Below are positions 50,201-64,000 of a stretch of 64,000 nt of DNA, piece after piece. The notes under the pieces are model-generated. The model did not search any database and was not told where the DNA came from. It worked only from the letters and a program-made list of their open reading frames with translations. Source of the stretch: Cenococcum geophilum (lineage: Eukaryota). The stretch lies in contig CP158635.1 of NCBI GenBank assembly GCA_050273025.1, forward strand, positions 10,664,001 to 10,728,000. The letters run 5' to 3'. The first letter of the stretch is position 1. Every line of letters starts with the position of its first letter. The position numbers and the translations under genes were made by a program.

Positions 50201-53200
50201 TATTCCTAATACTACCTTATTACTTCCTAATGGTAATATATCAAAAGACATCTCGACTTATCTTCCTTTAATAGTTATCTAAATTAGTCCTATTTTAAGA
50301 TTAATAATACCTCCTCTATAGGCTATTAGATCTCCTAAAATTGTTACTAATAGGTAAGGGTGCTTTTTCTGCCTATATAGTATTCCCATCCTTTTAACTG
50401 CTATTAGTAAGATATGGTTCCTTATTACTCTACTATCTACTAATACTTTAAACTGTTAATCTTACTATTTAATCCTTAGATTTAGGTGTCGCCCTTAAAT
50501 TCCTTTAAGCGTTTAAGGCTCTACCACTAGCTCCCTTTAGTTCCGTAGGCCTCTACTTTTCCTAACTATTAGCTACTTAATCCTATTATACTTAGCTTAC
50601 TCTTTAGCTAATACCTAGTTTGTTTTTTGTCTTTAATATGCTATAGATAGGTATTCTCTAGACATTCCTACCATTATTATCTATCTAAGCATCCTTCCGT
50701 AAGGAATCTTCCTGGTTAAAGTATTAAATCTCCTTCCTCTTAAACTTCTGCTAGATGCTAGCTGTGCATATACTTAGCATTCCTGTACTATTGCTTATCT
50801 ATTATCTAGTACATCCTTATAGGGTATTTCCGATTCTTTTCTTTTGGATTTTTATACATTTCGCATATGTTATCTACATATGCAATCTATAATAGTGTAT
50901 AGTATGCTAGGTGCTTTAGGTTAACTCTTAGCTCGTCTTTATCCCTAAGTTTAAACCTTTATTATGCTAATCTGAACGTCGTGACTTTATTCGCAGGTAT
51001 TAAGATACGTCTCTCGCTTTTCTAGTCCTCTAATTATTCCTTTAGATCCTTTAATGTTATAATTAATGCTCCCTTAATATAGTTTATCGCTTTTTCCGTA
51101 ATTAGGTGGTCTTAGATAACTTTTTTATTTAACTATATATAGAAATCTTCCCACTTATTATTATATCATTGCCTATACCACTTTTAGTACAGCTGCTAGA
51201 GTATATACAGCTTATTTATAAGGAAGTATCTTTTTATTACTGCGTCGTGACAGCCCTTTATATATCGTTCCTCGAACCTAGTAGAAATCCCTAGATCCTC
51301 TTCTTATTCTAGTTTAGTAAGCCACTCGGCCCTTAGTATGCCTATTCTTAGCCTATTGGTAATTCTTTATACGGGTGCTCTGTCCCTTATACGTCCCAGT
51401 GTACTAGATCTCTTATCTAGTTTCTATTCTTACTATGAGGTAATTCTTGCTCTAAACTCCTCTATAGTTTCTCTCTTTTCGCGTCTTACGAGTAGATCCT
51501 TAAAGTCTTCTTACTTCTTAATCTTAGTATCGAACTCTTAATCTTCAGTCTAAATATCTTGTTTAACTAGTAAGTCCTCTAGGTCTATATATCTGTCTCC
51601 TAATCTAACTGCTGTTTATATTACAGATTCCCTAATTTATAACGAAGCTTCTTACTTCTTGCTTACGGGTGTCCTAATTTATACACTAAATTCTTAATCC
51701 CTTGGATTCTTTAATCCTAAGCTTGCTTCTAACTTAAGCTTAGCTTTAGCCTTAGTCTAACTAGGCTTTACTAGTGTCCTTATCTCGCCTTAAGAGTCCT
51801 AGATCTTACTTATCTCGTCTTAAGAGTCTTATGCCGTTGGGAACACTTGTCCTAAGCTTATTCGTATATTCTTAAACTAAGCCGCTGCTCTGCTCTATCG
51901 GTTATTATCCATTATAGGTCTCTAAGCATACCTTATCTTATCTTAAGAATCTTAAGCCTTTGGCCTTTTGCCTTTATTAAGTAGTGAGCTAGCACTAGCA
52001 GTTATCTGCTTGCTTAATCGTCTCTAGATATTACTCCTTCCGTCTTATAAAGCAATGGATACCGTATCTAACGGTGTTATAATGCCCGTTACTAAACCTT
52101 ACTTTATAGCGGTCTCAGTCTCTGCTTCTATTGCGTTATTAAGGTTTAGATACCCCTAGTTAGTTCCTTTACTATCCTCGTCGCTATTAATTAATAAGTA
52201 CTCCAACTCCATTATTATTATTGCTAATCTTTATCCGCACGTTACTGTAATATCTTAATTTAGCTTATAGAGTTAATCTTATTCCTTATCTAACTCTTTA
52301 GTTTCTTTAAGTCCTCTTAACTCTGGCTCTTATAGCCAATAGCTTACACTATACTTAGCGTCTTTATAAATTTGGCATGCGTTATTATAACAAAACGTAA
52401 AACTTTTAATTAAATATTTTTTTGTTCCCCGTAGTACACTATCGTCCCTCTATACGTATGTATTATATACTATTAGTCTAGTTCCCTTTACTACGTAGTA
52501 ACCCTAACTACTTTTACAGTCTCTGGTAAAATGACCCTGTTTTCCGTAATTTATATAAGCTCCGTCTTTAAACTATTGCTTTTGCTATAGAGTTTACTTA
52601 AACGTCTTCTACTGCTAAGATCCTTAGTTTAGCCTAGTCTCCTTAGTCCTATAATCGCTTAATCCTTAACCTCTAGGTTTCTATGGTTTCTTACTCTATC
52701 TTTTATAGGTTTCTTTAGTACCACTTAGGTCTATTAGCTCTGCGCTATACTATAGTTTTTAATTTAGCTTAGGTCGTTGCGTACTCTGCGTTTTATACAA
52801 CTATAGAACTCTATCCTAGCCTCTCTTAGCCTGTTCCCTTTAGAAGATCCTATTATTAATCTTAATCGCTTAATCTATTAATTCCCTTAGGGTGTCCGCA
52901 TCTTCTATTAAAATAATTACATCCTAGACTTTAGCCTTAAGTCCTTATTTATACTATACCATAAGCGCCTTATTATTCCATTTAACTTATATCGCAAGTA
53001 TTTAAAACTACGTCGTATACTTAATTACTAAAGTTCGCTGTATTAGGTCCTAAAGCTTTCTTTTTACTATAGTTGTTGCTTCTGGGTCCCTAAATATCTA
53101 TATTAATTGTTCCGCGAATCCTACCTAGCTAAAAAACACAAATCGTATCTCTTAATTAGTAGTAGTTATCCCGTTAGTCTATATTTCTATTAAGTAGGGT

Positions 53201-53602
53201 TTAAACTATTTAAGTGCCTAACCCGTTAAGAATAGTCCTATATAGGCTATCTAGTCCATTATCATGGCTAACTTGGCCCCTTCTTACATAACTTTAAAAT
53301 ACATTTACATTAAGAATCCTTTAAGCTTTAATCTTTCTCCTAAAAATCGTTTAATTAAAGGTAACTTAACCTTTACTGCTCTAATCCCGTTAAGTCTGTT
53401 CTTAAGTATTATATTATTTTCTATTAATCGATCCACTATTTTTTGTAATTATCCTACCGTTACAGGTTGCTACAAGTTAGTGTCCACCATACTAGTGTTA
53501 CCCCCTAACCTTAAAGTAGTTGCCGCCGTTAATAGCGTCGTGGTGGCTGCTTTTAGTGGCATGTTATTCGACTTATTAAAACTGTAACTATAGTAGTGAT
53601 TA

Positions 53603-54023
53603 TATAACGGAGCCTTATAGTAGGAACTACGGTGGACTTATTAATAGGCTAGGTATATAGGTATTACAAGTAAGTTAACAACGTAATAATAACTAGTGGA
53701 GTGGTTGCCTAATAGATTAACTCTAATTATATTCTAAGAATCACTACAAGGAAGGAACTATCTAGGTAGGGACTAAGGGTCCTTAAATACACAACTATAC
53801 TCCTATAAAATCCTTCTTGTACGTAATGTACGTGTTATATATAAGGTACGTAAGTTCCCTTCGTTCCTCGCGTTCCTTACGTAGCACCTTATATGACCTT
53901 GGCTACCATTCCTCGTTATATGGTTCCACGGGTTCCATCCTAGACCGTGCTTATATTAACCAACTAGCTTCTTCCGACTCTTCTCTAAGTAGTCGTAACA
54001 TCGTACTTAAAGCGTCCGTAACA
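53603..54023 (-). repeat. Element E 5' LTR
   Basis: Repeat of 46046-46466; less mutated in U3. Confidence 0.95.
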
Positions 54024-56525
54024 GTAGCGGGAGCACTAGAGGGTAAGGATTGGATTATAGAACTAGAGGATAACAAGGAATAGATAAAAGTTACTAAATT
54101 TAATCTCCTCTCTTTTTACTACTTTTATTTTATTTTATAATATCTTATATAAGAAGAAGTATAAATAGAGAGGGTAAAGAAGAGATACCTAATTAATAGA
54201 GAAGCTAAGGACGTTAATAGTTAATATTTTAGCTATAATTACTCGCTTATTTGGTAGCGGATTAAAAAAATCAATTGATATAATATAATATGATATGATC
54301 TCGCTTACCGTATCGATAAGGTTTGATTGGATTTTTGCCCACCCTAAGTACGACCGTGCTTATAAGCGGTATAAGAAAGAGGAAGTAGCCCTTAAGTCTC
54401 TACGCACCTATATTATTAGCACTATTTCTTATAACTACATTAACTACACCTTCGAAGGAAATACCATCTATAATGTCCTTGTGTTACTTAAGCAGGCTAT
54501 CGCCCTAACTAATAACGCTTAGAAGGTTAACCTAGCTACCCAATATTTAAAAATAAGGAGTGCCCTAAAGAGTTAGAATATTAAGAAGTGGCTCCGCGAG
54601 TGGGAGAAGGTGTATAATAATTGCAAGAAGGTTAAACTACCTAAGGTAGATAGCAATTAACCAGTTAAGGACTTTATGTATGCCGTTAAATCTGTCTTAT
54701 TAGGATGGTTAGAATACTAGAAAAACGAATTACAGAACCTTAAAAGGAAGAAGGAAAGTCTACCTACTCTTTAAGTTATTATTAAGGTCTATTAAAATTA
54801 TTAATAATTAAAATCTACTTAGAGTGTAAGGAGCTAGGACGGATCCTATAGCTAGCTTTAAGGAAGAGCTAATTAATAAGCCTAAATCAGACGCTGAGTC
54901 AGAGAAGGAGAAGAAGGATTGGAAGTAGTGCCTGTGCGGAAAGCAGCACCCGTTTAAGTACCGCTGGTATTTAGTTAAGTTAATATAACTAATAGGATAG
55001 AGACCAAATGAGGCTGTTAAGCAGTTAGTAGAGTAGAGGCTTGCTAACTCTCCACCTAAGATTAAGGCCTTAATCGATTAATTAAGAAGCTAAGCCTTAT
55101 CTAATAAGAAGCTAGATAATATAGAGCAGAAGAGCTCACCTAGCAACCTATTTAGAAGCTTCGCAGTTTATTAAACTAGAGCTTATATCGCATTTAATTA
55201 TACTCTCCGTAATAGTGTAATTCTTAACCCTGTGATAATCTTATATGTCATTAACAACCGAATGGGATTTATAGGCGATATCCCACTGGCTAGTAATTAG
55301 TTATATACTAGATTTGGTACAGAAAATATTAAAGGCTTTGGAACAGCTAAAGTTACAGTTATTACCCCATTAGGAAAGCAGAAGATCTATCTTATTAACG
55401 CTATGTATATACTAGGATTTTATACAAATCTAGTCTATAATTAAAGACTTAATAAGAAAGGTGTCTTTTGGCATAATAAGGGGAACTACCTTTACCATTG
55501 CGGTGGCGAGAAGTTTATATATTGCGGATATTACTATAGTTAGGTAACTCTTAAATATAATAAATTAAAGCCGAGCACGCCGGAGGACGTATCCCCTATG
55601 GCTTAACTAACGGAGCCTCTACCGAATCAAAAGGTAGATGGACATTTTTCGTATAGTTAACTTAGATACGCAGGAATTAATGCGGTCGGGCGGCTGCCTA
55701 AAGAAATAACTGGAGCGGTTATAGAAGGCTCTACAACCGTCAAATATAAAACTTATACAGTTAGTAAAGCTTATAAGATAGTATTAAAAGGGACGCCTAT
55801 GGATAACAAGACATTATTTAGAGGTAAATTTAATAACTAGATCGCCGACTAAAGCATTATAATAGATTTGATAAAAAGGACGCCCTAGAAAGAACTTAAT
55901 AAGACGTTAAAGGAAAAACCTAATAAGATATTAGAGGACAAGAACGAGACGTTAAAGGACGAGGATAAGACTTAAGTGGATATCGGTGGAAGTTAATAGA
56001 TGAATTCTGGTGGAAATTAGGATTAAGCAACCGATCGAGAGGAGCTTAATTCTTAAGACAATGACGTAATAGGCCGACGAGCCTTAAAGGACGATCCTCC
56101 ACCTGGCCTTTTTACCCTAGCTTAGCTACCAGAGCCTTAATTAACTGTATTAACTAATTAAGAATCACAATTTAAATATATTTTAGAAAAGAAAGCCCGC
56201 CCAAGGCAGGAGATTTAAGACGATATAGGCGACAGTAAAATTACAGAAGGAGGACGACGGAAGAAGCAGCTAATGTAACACCAAGCCTACCTAACTAATA
56301 TCAATTAGCAAATATACAGTGACAGGTTTTAATCTCTACCCAAGAACTAGAAGGAGCTTTTAAGTCACCTATATTAAATATCAAGATCTAATTTAATTCG
56401 ATTTAGATGATATTTAGACAAGGTAACTCTATAGAGGATTTCTTTCACTTAACACCAAATTGGTATCGTGACTTTTTCTATTTTCTATTCAGCTGCTTAG
56501 TCAAGACTAAGCAGCTGGGGGGGTG

Positions 56526-56762
56526 TGTCGAACGTTAAGGTCACTGTCAGGTACTACCTTATGACTTATACCCTGTTTTTCTTACCTATTACCGACTGAG
56601 TGGCAATGACGACCTGGTGGCGATTGAGTAATAGTTCCAAATCGTCGTCAGTGTCGTCGTCAGTGTCGTCGTCAGTCTTTTGCCCCAACGCTATGTATAT
56701 AGAGAGCTTCTAGAGCCAGCTTCAATCGACAGAGTTCTTATAAGTGACTTGTCCGTCCGACA
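56526..56762 (+). repeat. Copia-3 3' LTR
   Basis: TGTCGA...CCGACA followed by TSD TTAAC. Confidence 0.95.
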
Positions 56763-59197
56763 TTAACCTAAAGCACCCTATATATTATACGCTATTATAG
56801 ATTGTATATATAGACGATATATATAATATATATAAGAATCTAAAAGAAAAGAATTAGAAGTACCTTATAAGGATATATTAGGCGCTAGATAAGCAATAGT
56901 ATAGAAATATTAAGTATATATATAGATAGCATCTAGTAGAAGCTTAGAAGTTAGGGGACTTAATACTTTAACTAGGAAGATTCCTTACGGAAGAATGCTT
57001 AAATAGATAATAGTAGTAGAAATGCCTAAAGAATATATATCTATAGTATATTAAGATAAAAAGTAAACTAGGCATTAGCTAAAGAGTGAGCTAAGTATAA
57101 TAGGATTAAGCAGCTAATAGTTAGGAAAAGTAAAAGCCTATAAAACTAGAGGGAGCTAGTAGTAGAGCCTTAAACCCTTAAAGGAATTTAAAAAAAACAC
57201 CTAAATTTATAAATTAATTAGCAAGATTAATTATTTAAAGTATTAATAGATAGTGGAGTAGCGCGGAACTATATCTTATTAGTAGCAGTTAAAAAAATAG
57301 GATTGCCTTATATATAGAAGGAGCAACCTTACCTATTAGTTATAATTTTAGGAGATCCGATAGCCTATAGACGAGGTATTATTAACCTTAAAATAGGACC
57401 TATTTAGATAACTATTAAAAAAAGATAAATTAAGATATCTTTTAATATCCTACTATTAGGACGGGATAAGGTAGTATTAGGTATACCTTAGTTATAGGAA
57501 TATAATCTAAAGATTAATTAGGTTACAGGTTAGGTTAATATTAAAAATACTTAATAATGCAAAATATAATAACAAACTAAATTAGTATAGTACTAAGTCG
57601 GAGTAATATATAAAGAGACTAAGTAAGGCTTAAGTTACGTACTAAAGAGATACTATAAGTATGGCAAAAAACTATAGAGCCTAAAAAGTAAAAAGCTAGT
57701 AGATTATATAGTATAGGACTATAAGATAGAATTAGAACTAGAAATAAGTCTAAAGTTCTTTTTAACCTATAAGCTTACTTAAAAGGAGTTAAGAGCACTT
57801 AAAGAGTTATCTAGGAGAACTTATAAAAGGGATATATTAGACTATTACAGTTATTAGCGGGATATCTAGTACTATTCGTACTAAAGAAGAACGGGAAACT
57901 TAGGCTATATATTAACTATAGATAGTTAAATAGTATTACTTAAAAGGATAGGTATCCTTTACCCTTAATTAGCGAAATCTAAGATAGAATAGGTAATGTA
58001 TAAATCTTTATAAAGATAGATTTAAGGTAGGCGTACTATTAGATTAGAATTAAGGAAGGTAATAAATAGAAAGCAGCCTTTAGGTTAAAGGAAGGACTAT
58101 ATAAGCTATTAGTTATATAATTTAGATTAATAAATATACTAGCAATATTTTAGAAACGAATAAATAGTATATTAAAAGAACACCTTAATAAGTTTATTAT
58201 AGCATACCTTAATAGTATTATTATCTACTTAATAACTAAGGAAGAATACGGAGAACACGTTAAATAGGTCTTAAGAAGACTATAAGAAGAATAAATGCTA
58301 ATAGTAATTAAGAAATGCGAGTTCTTTACTAGGAAGACTAATTTTATCGGATTTATTATTAAATTAGGTTATATTAATATAGACCTAAAGAAAATAGAAG
58401 CTATAGTAAGTTAGTAAAAACTAGAGAATATAACGCAATTAAGGTTATTCTTAGGGTTTTACAACTACTATAGAAGGTTTATAGCACAATAGTTAAAGAA
58501 TATTAAACTATTTACTAGGCTTATAAAGAAAGAAAAACTATAGGCATAGGGAGATAAATAAAGGAAGCTGTTTAAAGAACTTAAGGAATTATTCACCTAG
58601 GAACTAATCCTTAAAATCTATTAATTAAGACTAGACATGGTTATAGAAATAGATATATTAGACTTTATACTAGGAGTATATTTGCTATAGAAGCACAAGG
58701 ATATATAGCACCTAGTAATATACTATAGTTAGAAGATAATACTACTAGAACTAAACTATAACATCTATAATAAGGAGTTATTAGGTATAGTTATAGCACT
58801 AAAGAAATAGAGAGCATTCTTATAAGGCGCAGAAAAACTATTTATAGTTAAAATGGATTATAAGAACCTAATAGGGTTCCTAATAATAAAAGAACTTAAT
58901 TACAAATAGGTTAGATAGGCAGAGATACTTATAAAATACTATTTTAAGATTTAGTATACTAAGGGAACTAAAAATACAAGAGTAGACGCACTAAGTAAAA
59001 AAGCTAAATTATAAAATAATAAGAAATTATTAGGAGTAATACTATACAAGGACAAGGACGGATTAATTAGATATAATTACCCTAAGTTAGCAGTAACTTA
59101 AGAGGATAACAAACTAAGAAGAGTCTATAAGATACTAAAGAGCTTTTAGGTATAAAGGATTTTAAAGGCATAGCTAAAAAATCCGCAGATAGATATA

Positions 59198-62100
59198 TAA
59201 TAATAATTCATTGCTTAACGTCCGATTTAAATCCCTATTAGGCCCACACGGACTACTCCTTATTTACATATGGGGAGAAAACTCTATTTAAGAAAAATAA
59301 GAAAACCCCGTGATCTATCTCCCCGCCTTTTAGAACTCGCCTACTTAGCGCCTACGAGTTGCCTATAGTGCTCTACTACCTTACTGTTTAACCTCTTTAG
59401 GAACCACTGCTGCCGTAATAAGCCTACGGACGCGCTAGTATTACAAACTATTACTCTACTACTGTAGAGTTACTAGGGGGCACTTGCTGCTCGCCCCCTT
59501 GCCTTCTATTACTATTTCCCTTATAACCTAAAACTAATTTAGCACATTTTAACTAATAAGCCACTAGGTGACCGCCTTAAGGCCTTTTTATATTAAGAGT
59601 AGTATATTATAGTTCTCTGTGCTAGCTGCTAAGAGTATTATTTCTTAATTAGTGCGTAGAGGGCATAGCAGTATTACGTGTTTTGGTGTCTATCTTAGCC
59701 AGCCACATTCGCATCTCGGGCTACCTACTAGGACACCCACCCAGTAAAGCCAATCTTTTAGTCCTATTATTCCTGTTCTTAAGAGTGTTGCTATTATATT
59801 TTCTGCCTTTATTAGGCCTTCTTAGAGCCCTTAGGTATTTACCCCCTATAGCGTTAACCATGCTATAGCTTAGGTTCGTCTTACCTAAGTTAGCCTCTGT
59901 ACCTTTAACTCCCATTTACCTCTCTAGCGTTAGTCCAACCAGTATTATATTGCGGTAGATAGTTTCCTAGCGTTCTTACGTGTTTTACTTTAGCTCCTTT
60001 CTCTATCTTACTATTATCTTTACTAACCTCTTACGCGTCTCCCTTCCTCCTCTATATAGGCCTGGGCCCTAAAGCGGCACTATTCTTCTTCTACTTTCTT
60101 TACCTGTTTCTCTAATATCTCTTCCCTACTTTAGGGTTGTTAGTTTATTCTCCTATAGGGCACCCTAGGGTCCCTCTATAGTTTACTTAGGCGTATCTTA
60201 ATATACTTTATAACATTAGAGTTACGTTTATTTTACGTCCTTTATATTGCAGCGGCTTTAATATATAACTATAGGGGGGGAATATTGGATTCCTTCTTAA
60301 GCAGTACTGTGGCCGTTCGCTTGTACCCGCCTGTAATACTTTAGAAGTAGGCTATCTGGACCTTTTAAAGTGGTTTAAGAAGTAATTTAGGGGGGCCCTT
60401 CTTAGTTTCTCTAATGGCCTAAATACTAGATCTATATGTCATGGTTAGCCGGACGACTGCTGTATATAGTAGGCGTGACCTTTAGAAGCATGGACCCTAT
60501 ATAGAGTTAACAATCCTGGATAAAGCGATAAACTGTACTTAGCCTTTACGGGCCGCTTATACCGCATATACGCTCTACTAAAGCTTACTGTCTACCTATA
60601 CTCCTAATACCCTTAGGCCCTAAACTAGTTGACCCCTAAAGCCTTAGATACGAATTATATACTAAAGATCTATAGATTAGTTGCGTTTTCTTATAAAATA
60701 GATTAACTAGTATTTCTCTAGTAAAAATTAGACTCTATAATATTTTGCCTATTTTATATAAGTATTATAGGCTTTCTCTAATATTCTATAATTCTTTACG
60801 GCTGTTGGCCCGTATATAATTAGGTTTATATCGTTAACAAAGCCTATCCCCTAGGTCGCCCCTTTCTTAAAGGAGTCAAGTAGGTTGCTTATAAAGAAAA
60901 GGAAGAGTATAGGCGAGAGGGGTGATCTTTATAGTATTCCTATTGCAACTGTAATAAGGGGGCTCTAGTATCCGCTAAAGACCAGTAATATTTCTTTCTG
61001 GCCTATAAACCCTTAAACAAATTATATAATCTATTCTAGAAAGCCCTTTACCCTAAGGATATATAGGAGACGCTCGTGGGGTATATTATTATAGGCACCA
61101 CTAATGTCTAGGCTAAACATTAATACTATAAAGTCCTTTCGCATTACCCATGCAGATTTAATAGTGGCAGCAAGTAGCGTAAGTGCTAATAGTGTTAAGC
61201 GGTTCTTTCTTGCCCCTATTTAGCTTTGTGGTAGTAGGGCGTGTTCCTCTACCGTGTCTGCTATGCGTTCCACTATTACCCTTTCTAAGATCTTACTAAG
61301 GGTATTTTCTAAGACAATAGGGCGGTAGCTTCCTAGGATTAAGTAATCTGCTTTACCTTTTTTTTATAGGACAACCGTTATTATAGATCTTCCGAGTTAT
61401 GGGTAGTAGCCTATAGTAAAGCATGCTCTAGCTACATCTGCAAGCCAAAGTGCTATAAGTGGCCTATAGGTTTTTAGGGCCTTATTTAGAATCCTATCTA
61501 GTCCTAGTGCTATATTATTTAAAAGGCGGCTAATAGTTCTAGCCATTTCCTCTATTGTTATGTCGCTGTTAACCCATAGGCAAGTTACTAGTGTTTCGCC
61601 TATAATATTACTAAGGTCTACTAGAGCCAGTTAGGGGAAGAACCTTTCTATAAGGATCTTTACCTTCTTATCATTGTTGTTTATGGCCTATAATTCTCCT
61701 GCTCTTTGTAGGGGTGGTAGGTATAGGTCTTCTGCTAGGCGCCCTACCTTTTTCTTTACCTATTTTGCTATAGCCTAAAGGCCCTTATTATAGGGGAGGC
61801 TTAGGTTAGAAGTATACTTGTTTATAAACCGTCTCTAGTTATTCCTTACTTCTTTTTTTAGGGTATTCTTTAGCTAGTTTCTTATGTCTTTGTATCATCT
61901 CTTGTCTTTAGGGTTATGGCTACTTATATATTTCCTTCTTGCTTATTATTAGCTAGTAATTAGAACTGCGCATTATATAGACTATGCGTATCGCGTATAG
62001 GGGCCCGGTTTTAAGATCGGGCAGTACTCTTTTAGCCTATTTTTAATTGCTACCTAGATCCTTTCTAGTCTTTGGTCGATTTCCTTGGGGGTGGCCAATA

Positions 62101-64000
62101 AGCCTTACTCGTTTGGTATTAGGTGGATTTCTTCTAGGTTTTAGAGTTGTTATTTAACTATATTAAGGAAACTATTTATCTTAAGCTTCCTTATTACATA
62201 TCTTTTTTTATTTAATTACGCTTTAGTATCTAGGTCTAGCTGTATCTAGATAGGGATATAGTCTAAGGTAAGTGCCTATTCTTCTTTAGGGTTACACCTT
62301 TCAAGTCTCTAGTATAGGCCTTCGTCTATAAATGTAAGGTTAATTATGCTTCTGGCGGTGCCTTATTACCATATAATTGCTCCTAGGGGGGTGGCTAGCT
62401 TAAGGCCCTAGATATCTATAGCTCTTAGTAGGCACTTTAACTGTTAATCTATAGCAATATAAATACCCTCCTACTGTAGGTAGTGGAGGTTTATGTCTCC
62501 TAGTAGGATAGACTCTATACCTTTAGTTTCTAGTAAGCTTATTACTAATATAATATTCTCTATTTATGGGACCCCTTTAACCCTAGGGTTATATACATTA
62601 ATAATTTATACCAGTTCCCTATATGTTTGGATTGTTATAACTATAATATCTAGGTTAACTACCTGCTATAACTATAAGAATAGGCTAATAGCCTTACTAA
62701 TTATAAAGCACACGCGTATAGCTGCTTTTAGTTTATATAGGAGCTAGAATCCTTAGGGGCAGTATATTAATTGTATAAAGGTATTATAATACGGTTCTTA
62801 TATAGCAAGGATATAATATTTCTCTAGGTCTAGACTGTCTAGTAGGGGCCTTATAAGGCGGTGGTTTATGTTGCTGTAGTTATACTGTATAATAGATAAG
62901 TAGCGGACCCCCGGCAAGGGTCCTTCAACTCTCCTTTATTCCTCGCTTTTTCTATTTCTACTTTCTCTAGAATATTTAGAGCTTCTATCTCTTATGTCTA
63001 CACCCTAGTTACTACTTATTTTATATAGAGCTTTCTATTCCCATATCTTATGTTCCTATTAGCGCTTCTATATCTAAATCTGTTATTATTACCGGTTCTT
63101 CCCCTATTCTTACTAGTCGGCTATATGCCCTTTATGGGTTAGCTGCGAATATTATATTTGCCGTATTAAGTCTAATTCTTAATTGTCCTGGTTTTAAGCC
63201 TGCTGTCGCTATTTATAGGGGTCTTCCTACGGGGCGTCCTCTCCCTTATATCCCCTGTAACCCTTATATCCCTAATCGGTCTGGTAATATTATATAGCGT
63301 TACTTCTGGCCCGTTAAGGCTTGGGATGGCTGGCCTAGCCCTCTAGTGTTAAAGGTAGGAAACGCTAAAAAGGCGTTTACGTCCCCCTGGCTTATCGCCT
63401 ATTGTTTCCATTCATATAACCTAGCGTATAGTTATTCCCGCAGCTATTAAGCCCTTGCCTTCCGTCTCCTATATTTAATGCAGTTTTCTCTCTCCTACGC
63501 CTTATATGTGCTTTAGTGGCAGTTTATGCATTTTATTTAGTTTTAATTTAAGTAATATCTTATATTGTGGGGGCCTATATAGTGGCCGCAGCACACCTGT
63601 GCTGCGTATATAGATTAGGTGTGTCCCTATTATATATAGTAATAGTATTATTCTAGGCGTAGTCTGTAGTTATAGAGCCTTATATTATATATAAGGCCAT
63701 TTATAATTATTTCTTTTTAGATAAGGAGTTTTTGCATTTCTGGTGTATATATACTAATAATAAGGGAGCCATACGTTCGTCTGGCGTCTCCCTAGCAAGT
63801 CTTCGGCGACCCTTATATCCTCTTATTATTCTTATTATATACTTAGTTTATATTTTCCTATTAAAGCTATTAGATTTGGGTAATTTTAAGTCCTAGTATA
63901 AGGCGTTCCATTTGTCTTACTATCTCCTATATAATTGCTATGTTGTTTGCCTAGCGTCCCTTTTCTACCCTAAGGCTTATAGGAACCGCTAGGACTTTAA
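59198..64000 (-). mobile_element. Tad1-like LINE (ORF1 Zn knuckles; ORF2 APE endonuclease-RT, no RNase H seen), inserted in element C; 5' end beyond the window
   Basis: (att)n tail ~59198-59208; CECGW..(Q)TPKHVILLCP ~59660-59716; RT GFV(D)DIN ~60826-60845 and (G)SPLSPILF ~60902-60930; APE LGD.NLH ~62485 and IIQYN ~62878-62893; ORF1 knuckles ~63480-63670. Confidence 0.93.

Larger units (their letters stand above)
46046..54023 (-). mobile_element. Chromovirus element E, structurally complete (7978 bp), RIP-degraded
   Basis: 421-bp LTRs 46046-46466 and 53603-54023; TSD GCAGC / GTAGC at 46041-46045 and 54024-54028; PPT complement at 46467; gag ATG at 53562; PR, RT, RH, IN and chromodomain on the minus strand. 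Confidence 0.96.
43062..54346 (+). mobile_element. hAT DNA transposon (~3.3 kb own sequence), interrupted by element E
   Basis: TIRs cagagtaggcaaaaatctaatc / gattggatttttgcccacccta (differences are transitions only); 8-bp TSD AGTACGAC at 43054-43061 and 54347-54354; subterminal GATAC/GATCG repeats. Confidence 0.95.
42464..56762 (+). mobile_element. Copia-3: internally deleted Ty1/Copia element (~3 kb own sequence), interrupted by the hAT
   Basis: 237-bp LTRs 42464-42700 and 56526-56762; TSD TTAAC at 42459-42463 and 56763-56767; PBS gttat(g)agccc at 42701; PPT ggggggg before the 3' LTR; gag knuckle CLCGKQH ~54929; protease ~55215. Confidence 0.93.
37817..59197 (+). mobile_element. Chromovirus element C (A/B/E family) carrying nested insertions; 3' part lies beyond the window
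   Basis: 5' LTR 37817-38236; gag from ~38275; own segments 37817-38835, 40373-41237, 41432-42463 and 56768-59197; protease LIDSG ~57243; RT AYL(D).II ~58202; RNase H ~58640-59000. Confidence 0.92.

Noticed and set aside
49888..54083. Plus-strand ORFs 49888-50109, 51338-51541, 53264-53587 and 53817-54083
   Set aside because: Antisense to gag-pol or within the LTR of E; only the last ~18 codons of 53817-54083 belong to the hAT cargo tail.
59683..62747. ORFs 59683-59868, 59721-59915 and 62493-62747
   Set aside because: Antisense or off-frame readings of the LINE ORF2.
1..64000. Centromere, or Starship giant element
   Set aside because: AT-rich RIP blocks alone do not identify a centromere, and no DUF3435 tyrosine-recombinase captain or Starship boundary was recognised.

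Overview
Filamentous ascomycete DNA. About 60 kb is AT-rich, nested transposon sequence degraded by repeat-induced point mutation (RIP; TG>TA and CA>TA changes between paired LTRs). It surrounds a ~4 kb GC-balanced island (~32050-36180) with two intact, divergent genes: GPI12/PIG-L (minus strand, one intron) and a 400-aa uncharacterised membrane protein. LTR termini, TIRs and target-site duplications (TSDs) resolve two insertion nests. Left: Helitron < chromovirus F < chromovirus A < [Copia-1; chromovirus B < Ylt1-like Gypsy D]. Right: ORF1-only LINE < Copia-2 < chromovirus C < [RNase H LINE; solo LTR; deleted Copia-3 < hAT < chromovirus E; Tad1-like LINE]. Three unrelated TE families each carry an accessory gene. 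Gypsy D has a ~3.3 kb extra region encoding a PhyH-like 2OG-Fe(II) dioxygenase domain (best candidate for an undescribed system). Chromoviruses B and E have an antisense Zn2Cys6-like gene, and the hAT has a DUF3716-like gene. All TE translations were read by eye through RIP stop codons; residues in brackets are inferred pre-RIP states and no database search was run.
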